Origin: Planktomarina sp.
Lineage (GTDB): Bacteria; Pseudomonadota; Alphaproteobacteria; Rhodobacterales; Rhodobacteraceae
Assembly (NCBI GenBank): GCA_031920365.1
Contig: JAVLEV010000002.1
Location: 1 to 45,277 of the forward strand
Direction: 5' to 3'
DNA length: 45,277 nt
The notes beneath the pieces were generated by a model. The model was not told the DNA's origin and did no database searches. It worked only from the letters and a program-made list of their open reading frames with translations. A program made the position numbers and the translations under genes. Positions 10,396-20,304 of the stretch are shown one piece after another. The number at the start of each line of letters is the position of its first letter. The stretch's first letter is position 1.

Positions 10396-11270
10396 TGTCC
10401 GTCCAGGATACTATTTTAACCCCAGAGGCCATTAGGCAGGCCCAACAAAAAACACGCAACCAACGGATTATGGTGCATGCCAGTATTTTTATTACATTGA
10501 TTATACTATGGGAATTAGGGTCACGGATTGGCTGGCTGGACCCACTGTTTTACCCTCGCCCATCAAACATCATGAGGTCTTTTTGGCTAATCTACATTCA
10601 AAACGGCAACGTTTGGTACCACCTTTATGCTACTATGAGTCTTGTGGCGATGGGATGGGTCTTTGGATCAATCTTAGGAATTGGTCTAGGGGCCTTAGTC
10701 GGGTTTAATTCCATGTTGCGGCGTTTTTTAAAGCCTTATGTAATAGTTCTTGAGGCAACACCGAGAATTGCTGTAGCCCCTTTATTAATTGCAGCACTTG
10801 GGTTTGGCGCCAGCTCCAAGATTGCAATCATTATGTTAGTTTGCTTTTTTGCACCCTTCATTAATACTCTTTCTGGCGTAATCAATGTGGATGAAGACCG
10901 GCTTGAACTATTCCGCTCAATGCGTGCCTCTAAAATGCAAGTGCTTCGAAAGTTAGTATTTCCTGACGCTATCCCCATCATAATGGCGGGTGAACGTTTG
11001 GCACTAACAGCGGCGTTATCCGGCGCCCTTGTTGCCGAATTTATCCAGCGCGACGAAGGAATTGGGTCCCTTATTCTGGTCTACACCCGCAACTTGAATA
11101 TGGCATCAGCTTTTGCATGCATCTTTACGCTTACGCTCCTGGGGTTCCTAATCTTCAGGGGGATGGAAAAGATCGACCACTATGTCGCTTTCTGGAAATA
11201 CGAAAGCGGTAGAGAACGAGTTAGCGCTCAGCGTCGCAGCTCCATGGCCCAAGAAGGCGGAAGTCAATGA
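10395..11270 (+). CDS. NitT/TauT-family ABC permease 1
   Basis: Multiple TM segments, EAA-like ELFRSMRAS..V.P.A.P, LVAEF. Confidence 0.93.
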   Translation: MSVQDTILTPEAIRQAQQKTRNQRIMVHASIFITLIILWELGSRIGWLDPLFYPRPSNIMRSFWLIYIQNGNVWYHLYATMSLVAMGWVFGSILGIGLGALVGFNSMLRRFLKPYVIVLEATPRIAVAPLLIAALGFGASSKIAIIMLVCFFAPFINTLSGVINVDEDRLELFRSMRASKMQVLRKLVFPDAIPIIMAGERLALTAALSGALVAEFIQRDEGIGSLILVYTRNLNMASAFACIFTLTLLGFLIFRGMEKIDHYVAFWKYESGRERVSAQRRSSMAQEGGSQ

Positions 11271-12127
11271 TGTCTGATCAAAAACTCCCCAGCTCTTTTT
11301 GGGTTATTGATTTTTTATTCAAAATATTACCTCATCTAATACTGTTTGCCGTGATTATTGGACTTTGGGAAATGGCTGTTGCTACCGGCCAAATAACATC
11401 AATAATTATTCCACGTCCTAGTAAGATTGGCGCAGCTATTATCAAACTTTACATTACAGAGGGAACAATCTACCGCCACTTTTTTATTACTTTAACAGAA
11501 TCTGTGGTTGGATTTCTGATTGGAGCCAGTGTAGCTATAACTCTGGCCGTTTGTTCTTCGTTATCAGAAGTTTTCAAGCGGTATGTTATTCCTTATGCAA
11601 TCGTATTGAACGTAACACCCGGGATTGCACTCACCCCAGTCATCATTGCTTGGTTCGGGTATGGGATGGGATCTAAAATTGCGCTAGCGGCAATTATCTC
11701 GTTTTTTCCAATCTTCGTAAACACGCTGACAGGACTTATTCAGATGGACGAAGAACGTGAGGAATTATTCCAGTCATTGGGAGCTACTAACTATCAGGTT
11801 TTTAGTAAATGCCGTGTTCCAGCAGCACTTCCTTTAATGTTTGCCGGCCTAAAGATTGGCTTGACGACTGCCCTTATCGGCGCCGTAGTCGCCGAATTTG
11901 CACAAGCTACAGATGGCGTTGGCGTCTTGATGAGCCGCTTCTCGTTCCAACTGAACATGGCGGCATCACTGGCTACCCTACTCAGCATGACCTTAATTGG
12001 CCTTTTACTATTTTATACTATGGAATTTCTTGATGACCAGATTGTTTTCTGGCGTCGCGAAAACCGCCGCGCGGCAGCGTCACGCGCTCGGGCTCGAGTC
12101 TGGAAGAAACAACTCGACAACATATGA
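11267..12127 (+). CDS. NitT/TauT-family ABC permease 2
   Basis: ELFQSLGAT..VPAALP..FAGLK..GAVVAEF. Confidence 0.93.
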   Translation: MMSDQKLPSSFWVIDFLFKILPHLILFAVIIGLWEMAVATGQITSIIIPRPSKIGAAIIKLYITEGTIYRHFFITLTESVVGFLIGASVAITLAVCSSLSEVFKRYVIPYAIVLNVTPGIALTPVIIAWFGYGMGSKIALAAIISFFPIFVNTLTGLIQMDEEREELFQSLGATNYQVFSKCRVPAALPLMFAGLKIGLTTALIGAVVAEFAQATDGVGVLMSRFSFQLNMAASLATLLSMTLIGLLLFYTMEFLDDQIVFWRRENRRAAASRARARVWKKQLDNI

Positions 12128-12160
12128 CGTCCATAAATAATTTTCTGGGAGGAAATAAAA

Positions 12161-13198
12161 ATGAAAATATTTAAGACAATAATGTTCTCTACGGCTTTAG
12201 CCATTACGGCAGCGCCCAGTCTACTTTTTGCGGCTGATACAACGGTGACAGTAATCAAACCAACACCGCGATCAGCAGTTTTTTTTCCACTCGTAGTAGG
12301 TGAAGCACTTGGCTATTTCGCCGATGAGGGGGTCTCTGTTAAACTATTACCCTCCGACACCTCTATCCCCTATGTTGCGTTTGTTCAAAACGGTCAGGCT
12401 GATCTGGCCATGCTTGACACGAATGAGACAATTAACGCAGTACTGGCAGGCGCTAATATCAACACAGTTTACGAAGTTATGCAGAAAGCACCTGAAGGCA
12501 TTGCTGTACTAGCGGGCGGTAAATACACCACGATGAAAAGCCTTGTCGGTACTACAGTAGGTTTAGTCTCTGACCGCGATCGCTCGTTCCTTCAAGCAGC
12601 CCTCGACATTGCAGGCTACACAATCGAAGATGTAAAGACCGTTGTTTTAGGCGAAAGCGGGCCAACGCTCGCCGCTGCTATCCGTGATGGAAAAGTGTCG
12701 GCAATTTCTGGTTCGGTATTTGATTGGGCCTCCCTTGTAGCCAACGGGATCGAACTTGGTTCAGTCACGCCAGAAGAGCTGCTGGCCAGCCCGGCCAATA
12801 CCCTTGCCATAAACGCGGCCACGATCGAGGAAAAACGCGACGCAATGGAAGGCTTCTTTCGCGCTTGGTCAAAAGGCATGCATGTAGGTGCAGTAAATCC
12901 GGGCGCCGTCGAAGCGATGCTTCGTAAGGCTGTCCCTGAAGAGTGGGAAGTTGAGGCAGCAGGAATGGGCTTATTTGAGGGCGTTCTGCCTATGAATATC
13001 TCAACAACCCCACGCATGGGTGACCTGCAGTCAGACGTATGGACCAATGTGCAACCGCGCATGCTATCGTCTGGCGCAATTGAGAAGTTGGTCGATGTAT
13101 CTACCTTCCTAAATGATACCTACATCGACGCCGCCAATAACTTTGATAAAGCCGCTGTCGAAGCTGATGCAGCCGCTTGGTTAACAGCAAACAAGTAG
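12161..13198 (+). CDS. ABC substrate-binding protein (NMT1/THI5/SsuA-like)
   Basis: Signal peptide, GYFADEGVSV motif, GGAGG RBS, operon position. Confidence 0.9.
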   Translation: MKIFKTIMFSTALAITAAPSLLFAADTTVTVIKPTPRSAVFFPLVVGEALGYFADEGVSVKLLPSDTSIPYVAFVQNGQADLAMLDTNETINAVLAGANINTVYEVMQKAPEGIAVLAGGKYTTMKSLVGTTVGLVSDRDRSFLQAALDIAGYTIEDVKTVVLGESGPTLAAAIRDGKVSAISGSVFDWASLVANGIELGSVTPEELLASPANTLAINAATIEEKRDAMEGFFRAWSKGMHVGAVNPGAVEAMLRKAVPEEWEVEAAGMGLFEGVLPMNISTTPRMGDLQSDVWTNVQPRMLSSGAIEKLVDVSTFLNDTYIDAANNFDKAAVEADAAAWLTANK

Positions 13199-13224
13199 CA
13201 CTTTGATCGAGAGTTACTAATCAA

Positions 13225-13259
13225 ACTACTGCCGAGAATCTGGTCGGCAGTAGTATTTT
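13225..13259 (+). terminator. Stem-loop after SBP gene (intrinsic terminator or mRNA stabiliser)
   Basis: ACTACTGCCGA / TCGGCAGTAGT 11-bp stem, 8-nt loop, then ATTTT. Confidence 0.7.
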
Positions 13260-13291
13260 CTTCTAACAAATAATTCAACAGGATCCGATCC

Positions 13292-14383
13292 ATGACACAT
13301 TCCACAATTGACACACAAAAAATGGGTAAGGCTGTAAATCGCTATGGGCCAACAGCTGCACGCCCTAAACTAGAAAGTCCTGGTAGGATTTCAACCGTTA
13401 CCGTGGATAGCCATGCGCACGTCTTAATTCCAGAAGCCGCAAAATATATGGGGCCACACGTTGACACCAAACGCATCGCGATGATCCAGTATGCCAACGA
13501 ATACACCAACGTAGTTAATGCTCAGCAGGAAGCTGACCGTGGCCCCGTCGCAATGCAAGACATCGAAGACAGAATGCGCGTTCTAGACGCGCAAGGTATA
13601 AACATGCAGATAGTCGCACCGCCCCCACCACAATGCTATTACCAATCACCAATTGAACACGCCTCTGTGGCAAGCCGGATGGTCAATGATGGAATGGCTG
13701 AATGGGTTGGCCATAATCCTGACCGTTTCGCAGGTCTTGGCACTGTGCCTTTGCAAGACCCCAACGAAGCAGCAATAGAGCTTGAGCGTGCGATGGGTTT
13801 GGGCCTTAAAGGCGTGATGCTTCTTACTAATATGGATAGCGAAGAGATCAGCGCCGACCGTTTTCGCCAATTCTGGAAGAAGGCGGAAGATCTAGGTGCA
13901 GTTGTTATGATCCATCCAAATGGCTTTACCGAAGGTGCGCGTTTTAGCGAATACTATTTCCAAAACGTCATAGGCAATCCGCTCGAGACAACGACAGCGC
14001 TACACTACATCATCTTCAACGGTCTTCTGCGCGATATGCCAGACCTAAAGATTTTTGCTGTACATGGTGGCGGTTACCTTCCGTCGTATTCAGGCCGAAT
14101 CGACCACGCATGGGGAGCCCGCAAGGACTGCGAAGTAGACCTGCCAGAACCGCCTAGCAACTACCTCAAAAAGATTTGGATCGATAGCGTAGTGTTCACC
14201 AATCATCAACTTGAGTATCTGGTTAAGCAGTACGGTGCGGATAAGGTCATAATGGGTAGCGACTATCCATTCGATATGGCTGATTATGACCCCGTTGAGC
14301 ATATAGTAAGCTCAAACTTATCCAACGAAGACAAAGCCAAGGTCGCAGGCCTTACGGCCCAGAAACTCTTTGGCCTCGGCTGA
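13292..14383 (+). CDS. Amidohydro_2 family (ACMSD/LigW/PicC-like) decarboxylase or hydratase
   Basis: VDSHAH metal motif, IHP, HGGGYLP, GSDYPF. Confidence 0.88.
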   Translation: MTHSTIDTQKMGKAVNRYGPTAARPKLESPGRISTVTVDSHAHVLIPEAAKYMGPHVDTKRIAMIQYANEYTNVVNAQQEADRGPVAMQDIEDRMRVLDAQGINMQIVAPPPPQCYYQSPIEHASVASRMVNDGMAEWVGHNPDRFAGLGTVPLQDPNEAAIELERAMGLGLKGVMLLTNMDSEEISADRFRQFWKKAEDLGAVVMIHPNGFTEGARFSEYYFQNVIGNPLETTTALHYIIFNGLLRDMPDLKIFAVHGGGYLPSYSGRIDHAWGARKDCEVDLPEPPSNYLKKIWIDSVVFTNHQLEYLVKQYGADKVIMGSDYPFDMADYDPVEHIVSSNLSNEDKAKVAGLTAQKLFGLG

Positions 14384-14419
14384 AACTTGGGTCTCAACTG
14401 AAAATAGGTAGGTCATGAA

Positions 14420-15289
14420 ATGAAAGTTGGGATCATTGGTCTGGGCATCATGGGTAGCGCCTATGCCAAAAACTTATTGGATGCAGGGATCTCAGTTATA
14501 GGAGCTGACCCTGAAACTCTTGGGCGAGAACAGCTTTCTAACATAGGTGGCATAAGCCATTTGGCGATTGGAAAATGGATAAAAGACTGTAATATAGTAA
14601 TTATTTCTGTTGCCTCGACCGAGGCCTTGGCAACAGTAGCCAAAGCACTTGCAGAGGTCTTGGAGCCTGGCCAGATAGTTATGGAAACTGGAACTTTTGC
14701 TATGATCGACAAGCTTGCGGCAAAAGCGTCAATAGAGGTAGGTGGGGCAATTCTGCTTGATACGCCTGTAAGCGGAACAGGTAAGCAAGCGGCAACAGCC
14801 GATTTGGTCATCATGGCGTCTGGCGAAATCCAAGCTATAGCTCTCGCCAAACCTTACATGGAACATTTATCTCATACTATTATTGAGGCAGGTGACTTTG
14901 GGGCAGGTTCAAAACTAAAGTACATAGCAAATCATGCGGTTGCATTGCACAATTGCGCAGCGGCGGAAACACTCCACTATGCAGACTCGCTTGGTGTGGA
15001 TAGAGATGTAGCCTACCATATGTTATCGAAGGGTGCGGGACAGTCAAAGATGCTTGATTTACGAATGCCATTGATGATCTCAGGCAGTTACACACCTGCG
15101 ACAGCACATATGGCTATGTTTAAAAAAGACCTCTCCATTATCTCTGCAGACATACTCAGCCAGGGCATCACCACACCAATGTTTGACGCGGTGTCTAACC
15201 TTTACAACCAAAGTTGGGCAATTGTTTCCGAAGAATCTGATACAGCCGCTATTTTCGAAGTCTATCGCAACATAGATGGTAAAATATGA
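14420..15289 (+). CDS. Beta-hydroxyacid dehydrogenase (3-hydroxyisobutyrate DH family), second copy
   Basis: GIIGLGIMG, DTPVSG, KLKYIAN, FKKDL. Confidence 0.9.
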   Translation: MKVGIIGLGIMGSAYAKNLLDAGISVIGADPETLGREQLSNIGGISHLAIGKWIKDCNIVIISVASTEALATVAKALAEVLEPGQIVMETGTFAMIDKLAAKASIEVGGAILLDTPVSGTGKQAATADLVIMASGEIQAIALAKPYMEHLSHTIIEAGDFGAGSKLKYIANHAVALHNCAAAETLHYADSLGVDRDVAYHMLSKGAGQSKMLDLRMPLMISGSYTPATAHMAMFKKDLSIISADILSQGITTPMFDAVSNLYNQSWAIVSEESDTAAIFEVYRNIDGKI

Positions 15290-15329
15290 GACCTATTTTT
15301 GGTATGGAGAGTAGGTTAAATAGCAAATT

Positions 15330-16709
15330 TTGATCCGTTTTTTTTCGAACTTAACTTTGGCACAAAGCCTTACTCTTACTATAGGCATAGTTGCGCTGAT
15401 TATTGTAATTTCGACATCAAATGCTTCGTTTCAGGTCTTTGCTATATCGGTTGCAGGAATCACATTATTTGCAACACGGAGCCTACCAGAAGTAACTACT
15501 GCACTTTTTATTTTCATAGCTTTTATGGCGATTGATGTGGCTCCTTCAGAAGTCATCTTCTCAGGTTTTGCGACAGGTGGTTTCTGGCTTCTAGTTGGGG
15601 GACTAGTGATCGGAGCGGCGATTACATCATCAGGTCTAGGTAATCAAATAGCACAGTGGGCCTTTGCATATACTGGCAATTCCTATGGACGCGCAGTTTG
15701 GTTTCTGTCCATCACAGGTCTTATTTTAGGAGCCCTTGTTCCATCCGCCATTCCAAGGGTCATTGTGATGATGCCAATCACGCTAGCATTGGCCGGAGCA
15801 ATGGCCATGCAACCTGGGTCCCGCCATCACACTGGCCTATTAATGACTGCCGTGATGATGACACTTGTGCCAACTTATGCCTTTATTACTGCCAATCTTC
15901 CAACAATTATAGAGATAGGAGCAATCGAAATTCTCTATAATCAACACATCACTTATGGGGCATATTTAATCCAAAACGCCCCAATTAATATTCTGCGATT
16001 TATCGTTTTATTCATTATGCTGTTAGCTTATGCCCAAAAAACGGCAGCAACCGAGACACTGCGTAGCTGCATAGAGCCTTTAAGTTTAACACCAAAACAG
16101 CGAAGACTTTTGGTCGTGCTGACCTGCGCTATAGCTTTATGGGCGACAGATACTTTGCATGGGATAGCTCCAGCTTGGGTTGCACTGGCAGCTGCCGTGG
16201 TACTACTAGTGCCAGGGTTTGGAGTTTTTACTAAACAAGCCATGAAAACTGAAATTGACTTTTCTATCGCCTTCCTGATTGCTTCAGTTTTTTGTATTAG
16301 TGCGGTAATGACCGAAATTGGACTTGGTATACAAATTTCTGACTTGGCAACGACTACTCTGGCGCTGGGTCAAACCAGCAGTCTATGGGATTTGGTTGCT
16401 ATCGTTGGGTTTTCCTCAGCCTTGTCACACCTGACAATAGCGCCAGCGGCCGCCATTGTGTTGGCCCCATTGGCGACATCGATGAGCGAAGCCACTGGGT
16501 GGTCCGTTAATGCTGTAGCAATGGCTCATAATATTGGATACTCAACAACCTTTATGCCTTATCAATCGCCCCCACTGCTCATCGGAATTGCGTTAGCGCA
16601 GATACCTATCGGAGCACTCACCCGCTTGTGTTTAGTATCATCCGTAATAACAAGCATTATAGGGGTTCCACTAACTTGGCTTTGCTGGCTCTTGCTAGGT
16701 GTAATATAG
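15330..16709 (+). CDS. SLC13/DASS-family anion transporter
   Basis: About 12 TM segments; IFSGF..GGFWLL, VPSAIPR, TANLP, PYQSPP; TTG start uncertain. Confidence 0.85.
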   Translation: MIRFFSNLTLAQSLTLTIGIVALIIVISTSNASFQVFAISVAGITLFATRSLPEVTTALFIFIAFMAIDVAPSEVIFSGFATGGFWLLVGGLVIGAAITSSGLGNQIAQWAFAYTGNSYGRAVWFLSITGLILGALVPSAIPRVIVMMPITLALAGAMAMQPGSRHHTGLLMTAVMMTLVPTYAFITANLPTIIEIGAIEILYNQHITYGAYLIQNAPINILRFIVLFIMLLAYAQKTAATETLRSCIEPLSLTPKQRRLLVVLTCAIALWATDTLHGIAPAWVALAAAVVLLVPGFGVFTKQAMKTEIDFSIAFLIASVFCISAVMTEIGLGIQISDLATTTLALGQTSSLWDLVAIVGFSSALSHLTIAPAAAIVLAPLATSMSEATGWSVNAVAMAHNIGYSTTFMPYQSPPLLIGIALAQIPIGALTRLCLVSSVITSIIGVPLTWLCWLLLGVI

Positions 16710-16803
16710 GTAAAACCTTCGGTATTATTTATCTTTGACTGCGATATAAGTTTTTGATGTTATCAAACTATATAAGTGGCCAATTCAAACGAAGGCTAAT
16801 AAC

Positions 16804-16814
16804 TGTATGATACA
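16804..16814. promoter_or_regulatory. GntR-like palindrome upstream of the TauE gene
   Basis: TGTAT-G-ATACA. Confidence 0.3.
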
Positions 16815-16876
16815 AATAGAATATTTAGGACTTCTTACATGATTATTTCCACCAAATCCTTCAGTGATTTTGGTCG

Positions 16877-17641
16877 ATGCTATTGACTGACCCAGCACTA
16901 TTTTGGGTGGCTGCATTAGCATCAGCGTTCTTTGTGGGCGCCAGTAAAGGCGGACTGCCTATTATCGCTTTGCTGAGCGTGCCAACTTTGTCTTTGGTAA
17001 TGTCTCCAATGCAGGGCGCCGCACTTTTATTACCAGTTTATTTAGTAAGTGATGTCTTTGGGATATGGATATACAGCGCGTCCTTTTCTCGCCGCAACCT
17101 AGTAATTCTGATCCCAGCTGCGGCGCTTGGCGTCTTTGCAGGCTGGCTTCTCGCAGGAGACACTGATGAAGATGTGGTGCGAATTATGATCGGTTGCGTC
17201 GGCCTGACGTTTTTGGCAATGCGTCAGCGCAGTAGATACTTAGGCGACCGAAATCCAAAAACAGCAAATATTGCGCGTGGGCTAATCTGGGGCAGCGTGT
17301 CTGGGTTTACTAGCTTTGTATCACATGCGGGTGGGCCAGCTTACCAGCTCTATGTCTTGCCACAGCAGCTCTCAAAACTAGTATTTGCAGGAACAGCAAC
17401 GATACTTTTTGCACTCATTAACATTATGAAAGTACCCCCTTACCTTGCGCTTGGTTTAATTGAATGGGGTGATATGCGTATAATCGCAATTCTCTCGCCC
17501 ATGGCTATATTTGGAGCTTGGATTGGATACTTATTGACAAAATTAATTCCACAGCCAACCTTTTTCATTTTTGTCGAAATCGCACTTTTTTTAGTATCAG
17601 TCAATTTAATCAGGGTAGGATTGCAAAGTGTATGGATTTAG
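16877..17641 (+). CDS. TauE/SafE (TSUP) family membrane protein
   Basis: GASKGG, LLLP..D, SGFTSFVSHAGGP, FAGT, N..KVPPY. Confidence 0.9.
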   Translation: MLLTDPALFWVAALASAFFVGASKGGLPIIALLSVPTLSLVMSPMQGAALLLPVYLVSDVFGIWIYSASFSRRNLVILIPAAALGVFAGWLLAGDTDEDVVRIMIGCVGLTFLAMRQRSRYLGDRNPKTANIARGLIWGSVSGFTSFVSHAGGPAYQLYVLPQQLSKLVFAGTATILFALINIMKVPPYLALGLIEWGDMRIIAILSPMAIFGAWIGYLLTKLIPQPTFFIFVEIALFLVSVNLIRVGLQSVWI

Positions 17642-17770
17642 AAGCCGACCATACTCTACTAAAGTAGTTAGCTAAGTTAATTAGCTAAAAAATTATATTA
17701 ATTCAGCAGATGAATGTAGCGCAGACACTGCCCAAATCGTAATTAGGTCTGGGTAATTATAAAAACCTTA

Positions 17771-19846
17771 CTAACTCATCAATGCTACCAGAGCATGGCG
17801 GCTTAGCGGTAGCCGATCTGGTACAACTCGAAGCACATTTCGCACAGCATTGACCACCGCGGCACCCGCAGGACCAGAAGAAATCTCGCCTGCTCCAAGG
17901 GGATCTGCATCCTGCGGTCCAATAAGACGTGTTTGCATACGAGGCACCTCAGAAAACTTTAGAATTGGGTAATCCTCCCAGCTCTGCGTTAGATTTTTTC
18001 CACCAGAAAAGCGCACTTCTTCTTTAAGAACCCAGCTGATCGCCTGCACTATCCCACCCTCAATCTGATTAATAGTACCATCAGGATTTATTGCCTCGCC
18101 AACGTCAGCTGCAGACCAAACATCAGTAACTTTGATCTCGTCACCAACCACGACCCGCGCAATGCAGGCTAAATATCCAGCACTATTTTTATAGCGCGCA
18201 TATCCAAGACCAAACCCAACATCATCAATACGCTGACAGCAGCCTGCCATGTCACCTACCGCTTCGATCACCGCAATTGCGCGTACATCATCAAGATGCG
18301 CTAACCGGTAGGCAATTGCATCTTCGCCTGCCGCTTCCGCGCAACTTTCCATTAATAACTCCAGCGCAATGATATTAGTGAACGCCCCCAACCCACGCAT
18401 AGCGCTACTCCGATAAGGCACCACAGCCGGACGATCGCGCACAATACACACAGCAGGAATTACATAGCCTGGAACGGCATTACGATCAGCACCACCTTGC
18501 GGTTGTGGTGCATCATTACCAGGCCCCATCGTCATTGGACGGGACAGGAATTGCTGCGCGCGCAGGTTTGGCTCATCCGTCCCTGAAGGCCGCGTCGAAT
18601 GGGGTGGACTAACGACATGTGCATTATAAGACATGATGTGCCCGTCGCTATTAAGCCGTGCAGTCATCCGTGTTTTCATCGCTGGACTCAGAGGTGCGTG
18701 CAGGAATTCATCCTCCCGTTGCCAAAGTGCGCGCACGGGACACCCTGTGCCGCGGGCCATCAACGCAGCATCAAGTGCAACATCATCCGAGCTGTTGTGC
18801 CCATAGCACCCGGCCCCCGGCGCAAAGATTACCGTGATCTGTCCCACTGGATGATTTAAAACGCGGGCGAGAGAGGTTTTGAGTGCAAAGACGTTCTGAC
18901 TGTGGGCCCAAACTGTCAAAGAGTCACCTTGCCAATGCGCAACAGCACAGGAAGGCCCTATAGAAGCATGGCTTAGTACAGGTTTAGTCAGTGTAATACT
19001 AATTTCTGTAATCCCAGCGCCTAGATTGTCACTATTATAAAGTTTTTCGCTCTCACTAATAGCACCATCGAGGCCATCTACTGGATGGACTTCACCTACG
19101 CTAGTGTTTGACCATCTGATCCCATTGGCGAGCCGTCTTGCCTCAGTCAATGCTGTGTATTCATCTTGCGCTACAACAGATAGGAATTGGCCATCACATA
19201 CTAGTGTAGCACCATTACTCAGTTCAGGAATTGCATCCGCAATTGACGTCAGACTGGGTGGCTGGATAACGCGACCATGTAACATGCCATCCAGCGTCAT
19301 ATCATGCAACAAATAACCAGCATTCATCCGTGCCGAGAGATCGACGCGTGGTGCAGAAGTTCCTGTGATCCGCCGATCAATAGCAGATTTAGGTTCTGCA
19401 TAATCTATAGCGACCACAAACAAGTCTACCGAACGGGAAAGGCTGGCATAGCTTAGACTTGTCTCTAGGCCATCTTTGAAGATACCGCCTGCACGCACTG
19501 TCAGAGCGCTGGCTGTTGTCTGGAGCAAGCCAGCAGCAGTCTCCAACATCAGAGCACGCGCCGCGGCACTTGCAATGCGAATAGACTGACCACCAAATGT
19601 GATCGAAAGGCTACCCACTGTGGGGCCCTCAGCCGGAGAAATCTCTGAATGGCCTTGGATAAGGTTAATGGTGTTCATATCTATGTCAAGTTCGTCAGCG
19701 GCGATTTGGATCAATGCTGTTGCTATACCTTGCCCCAGTTCAACCCTTCCCGACAACAAGTCAACGCCACCCATTTCTGTAAATGACAACCAGTCACTAA
19801 TCAGAGGAAATGCCTGAAGCGGCGGTGGAATAAAGGCTACGCTCAT
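17771..19846 (-). CDS. Molybdenum hydroxylase large subunit, NicB/IorB-like, without cytochrome c domain
   Basis: GRVELGQGI, EGPTVGS, GAGCYGHN, SAMRGLG, INPDG..NQIEGG, PLGAGE; ATG at 19846 overlaps the upstream stop. Confidence 0.9.
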   Translation of the reverse strand: MSVAFIPPPLQAFPLISDWLSFTEMGGVDLLSGRVELGQGIATALIQIAADELDIDMNTINLIQGHSEISPAEGPTVGSLSITFGGQSIRIASAAARALMLETAAGLLQTTASALTVRAGGIFKDGLETSLSYASLSRSVDLFVVAIDYAEPKSAIDRRITGTSAPRVDLSARMNAGYLLHDMTLDGMLHGRVIQPPSLTSIADAIPELSNGATLVCDGQFLSVVAQDEYTALTEARRLANGIRWSNTSVGEVHPVDGLDGAISESEKLYNSDNLGAGITEISITLTKPVLSHASIGPSCAVAHWQGDSLTVWAHSQNVFALKTSLARVLNHPVGQITVIFAPGAGCYGHNSSDDVALDAALMARGTGCPVRALWQREDEFLHAPLSPAMKTRMTARLNSDGHIMSYNAHVVSPPHSTRPSGTDEPNLRAQQFLSRPMTMGPGNDAPQPQGGADRNAVPGYVIPAVCIVRDRPAVVPYRSSAMRGLGAFTNIIALELLMESCAEAAGEDAIAYRLAHLDDVRAIAVIEAVGDMAGCCQRIDDVGFGLGYARYKNSAGYLACIARVVVGDEIKVTDVWSAADVGEAINPDGTINQIEGGIVQAISWVLKEEVRFSGGKNLTQSWEDYPILKFSEVPRMQTRLIGPQDADPLGAGEISSGPAGAAVVNAVRNVLRVVPDRLPLSRHALVALMS

Positions 19847-20304
19847 AGCGTTCCACGCAGAGCAACGACATCGGCAATTGCAGCAATAATCCTGCCGTGC
19901 GCACCACAGCGACATAGGTTCGCATCAAGTCCCAAGCGGATCGCATCCACTCCGTCACCTGCATCAATCATCGTTGCGGCCCGGATCAAAATACCTGGCA
20001 GACAATAACCACATTGACCAGCTTGATGGTGCAAGATTGCTGCGACAAGCGGATGATTTTCTGCAAAAACCCCTTCAACAGTGCCAACAGTTTTACCGTC
20101 CACAGCTGACAGCGGTAGGTTGCAGGATGTGACAGGCATGCCATCAAGCGTCACGGTACAGGCACCGCAATGGCCCTCACCACAGCCCAGCCTCGTACCT
20201 TTGTGATTAAGTGCGCCGCGCAGTGCAAAAAGTAGCGGCATCGACCCAGTTCCATCAACGCAGACATCTCTACCATTAAGAATAAATCTCACTGTTTGGT
20301 TCAT
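19843..20304 (-). CDS. Molybdenum hydroxylase small (2x[2Fe-2S]) subunit, NicA/IorA-like
   Basis: GCGEGHCGAC..SC; QCGYCLPG..NLCRCG; ATG at 20304 overlaps the upstream stop. Confidence 0.93.
   Translation of the reverse strand: MNQTVRFILNGRDVCVDGTGSMPLLFALRGALNHKGTRLGCGEGHCGACTVTLDGMPVTSCNLPLSAVDGKTVGTVEGVFAENHPLVAAILHHQAGQCGYCLPGILIRAATMIDAGDGVDAIRLGLDANLCRCGAHGRIIAAIADVVALRGTL

Noticed and set aside
19847-19915. Cys-rich N-terminal extension of the 714-aa ORF (likewise 20305-20379 and 29086-29199)
   Set aside because: These are out-of-frame overlaps with upstream genes; internal ATGs give clean ATGA coupling or no overlap.
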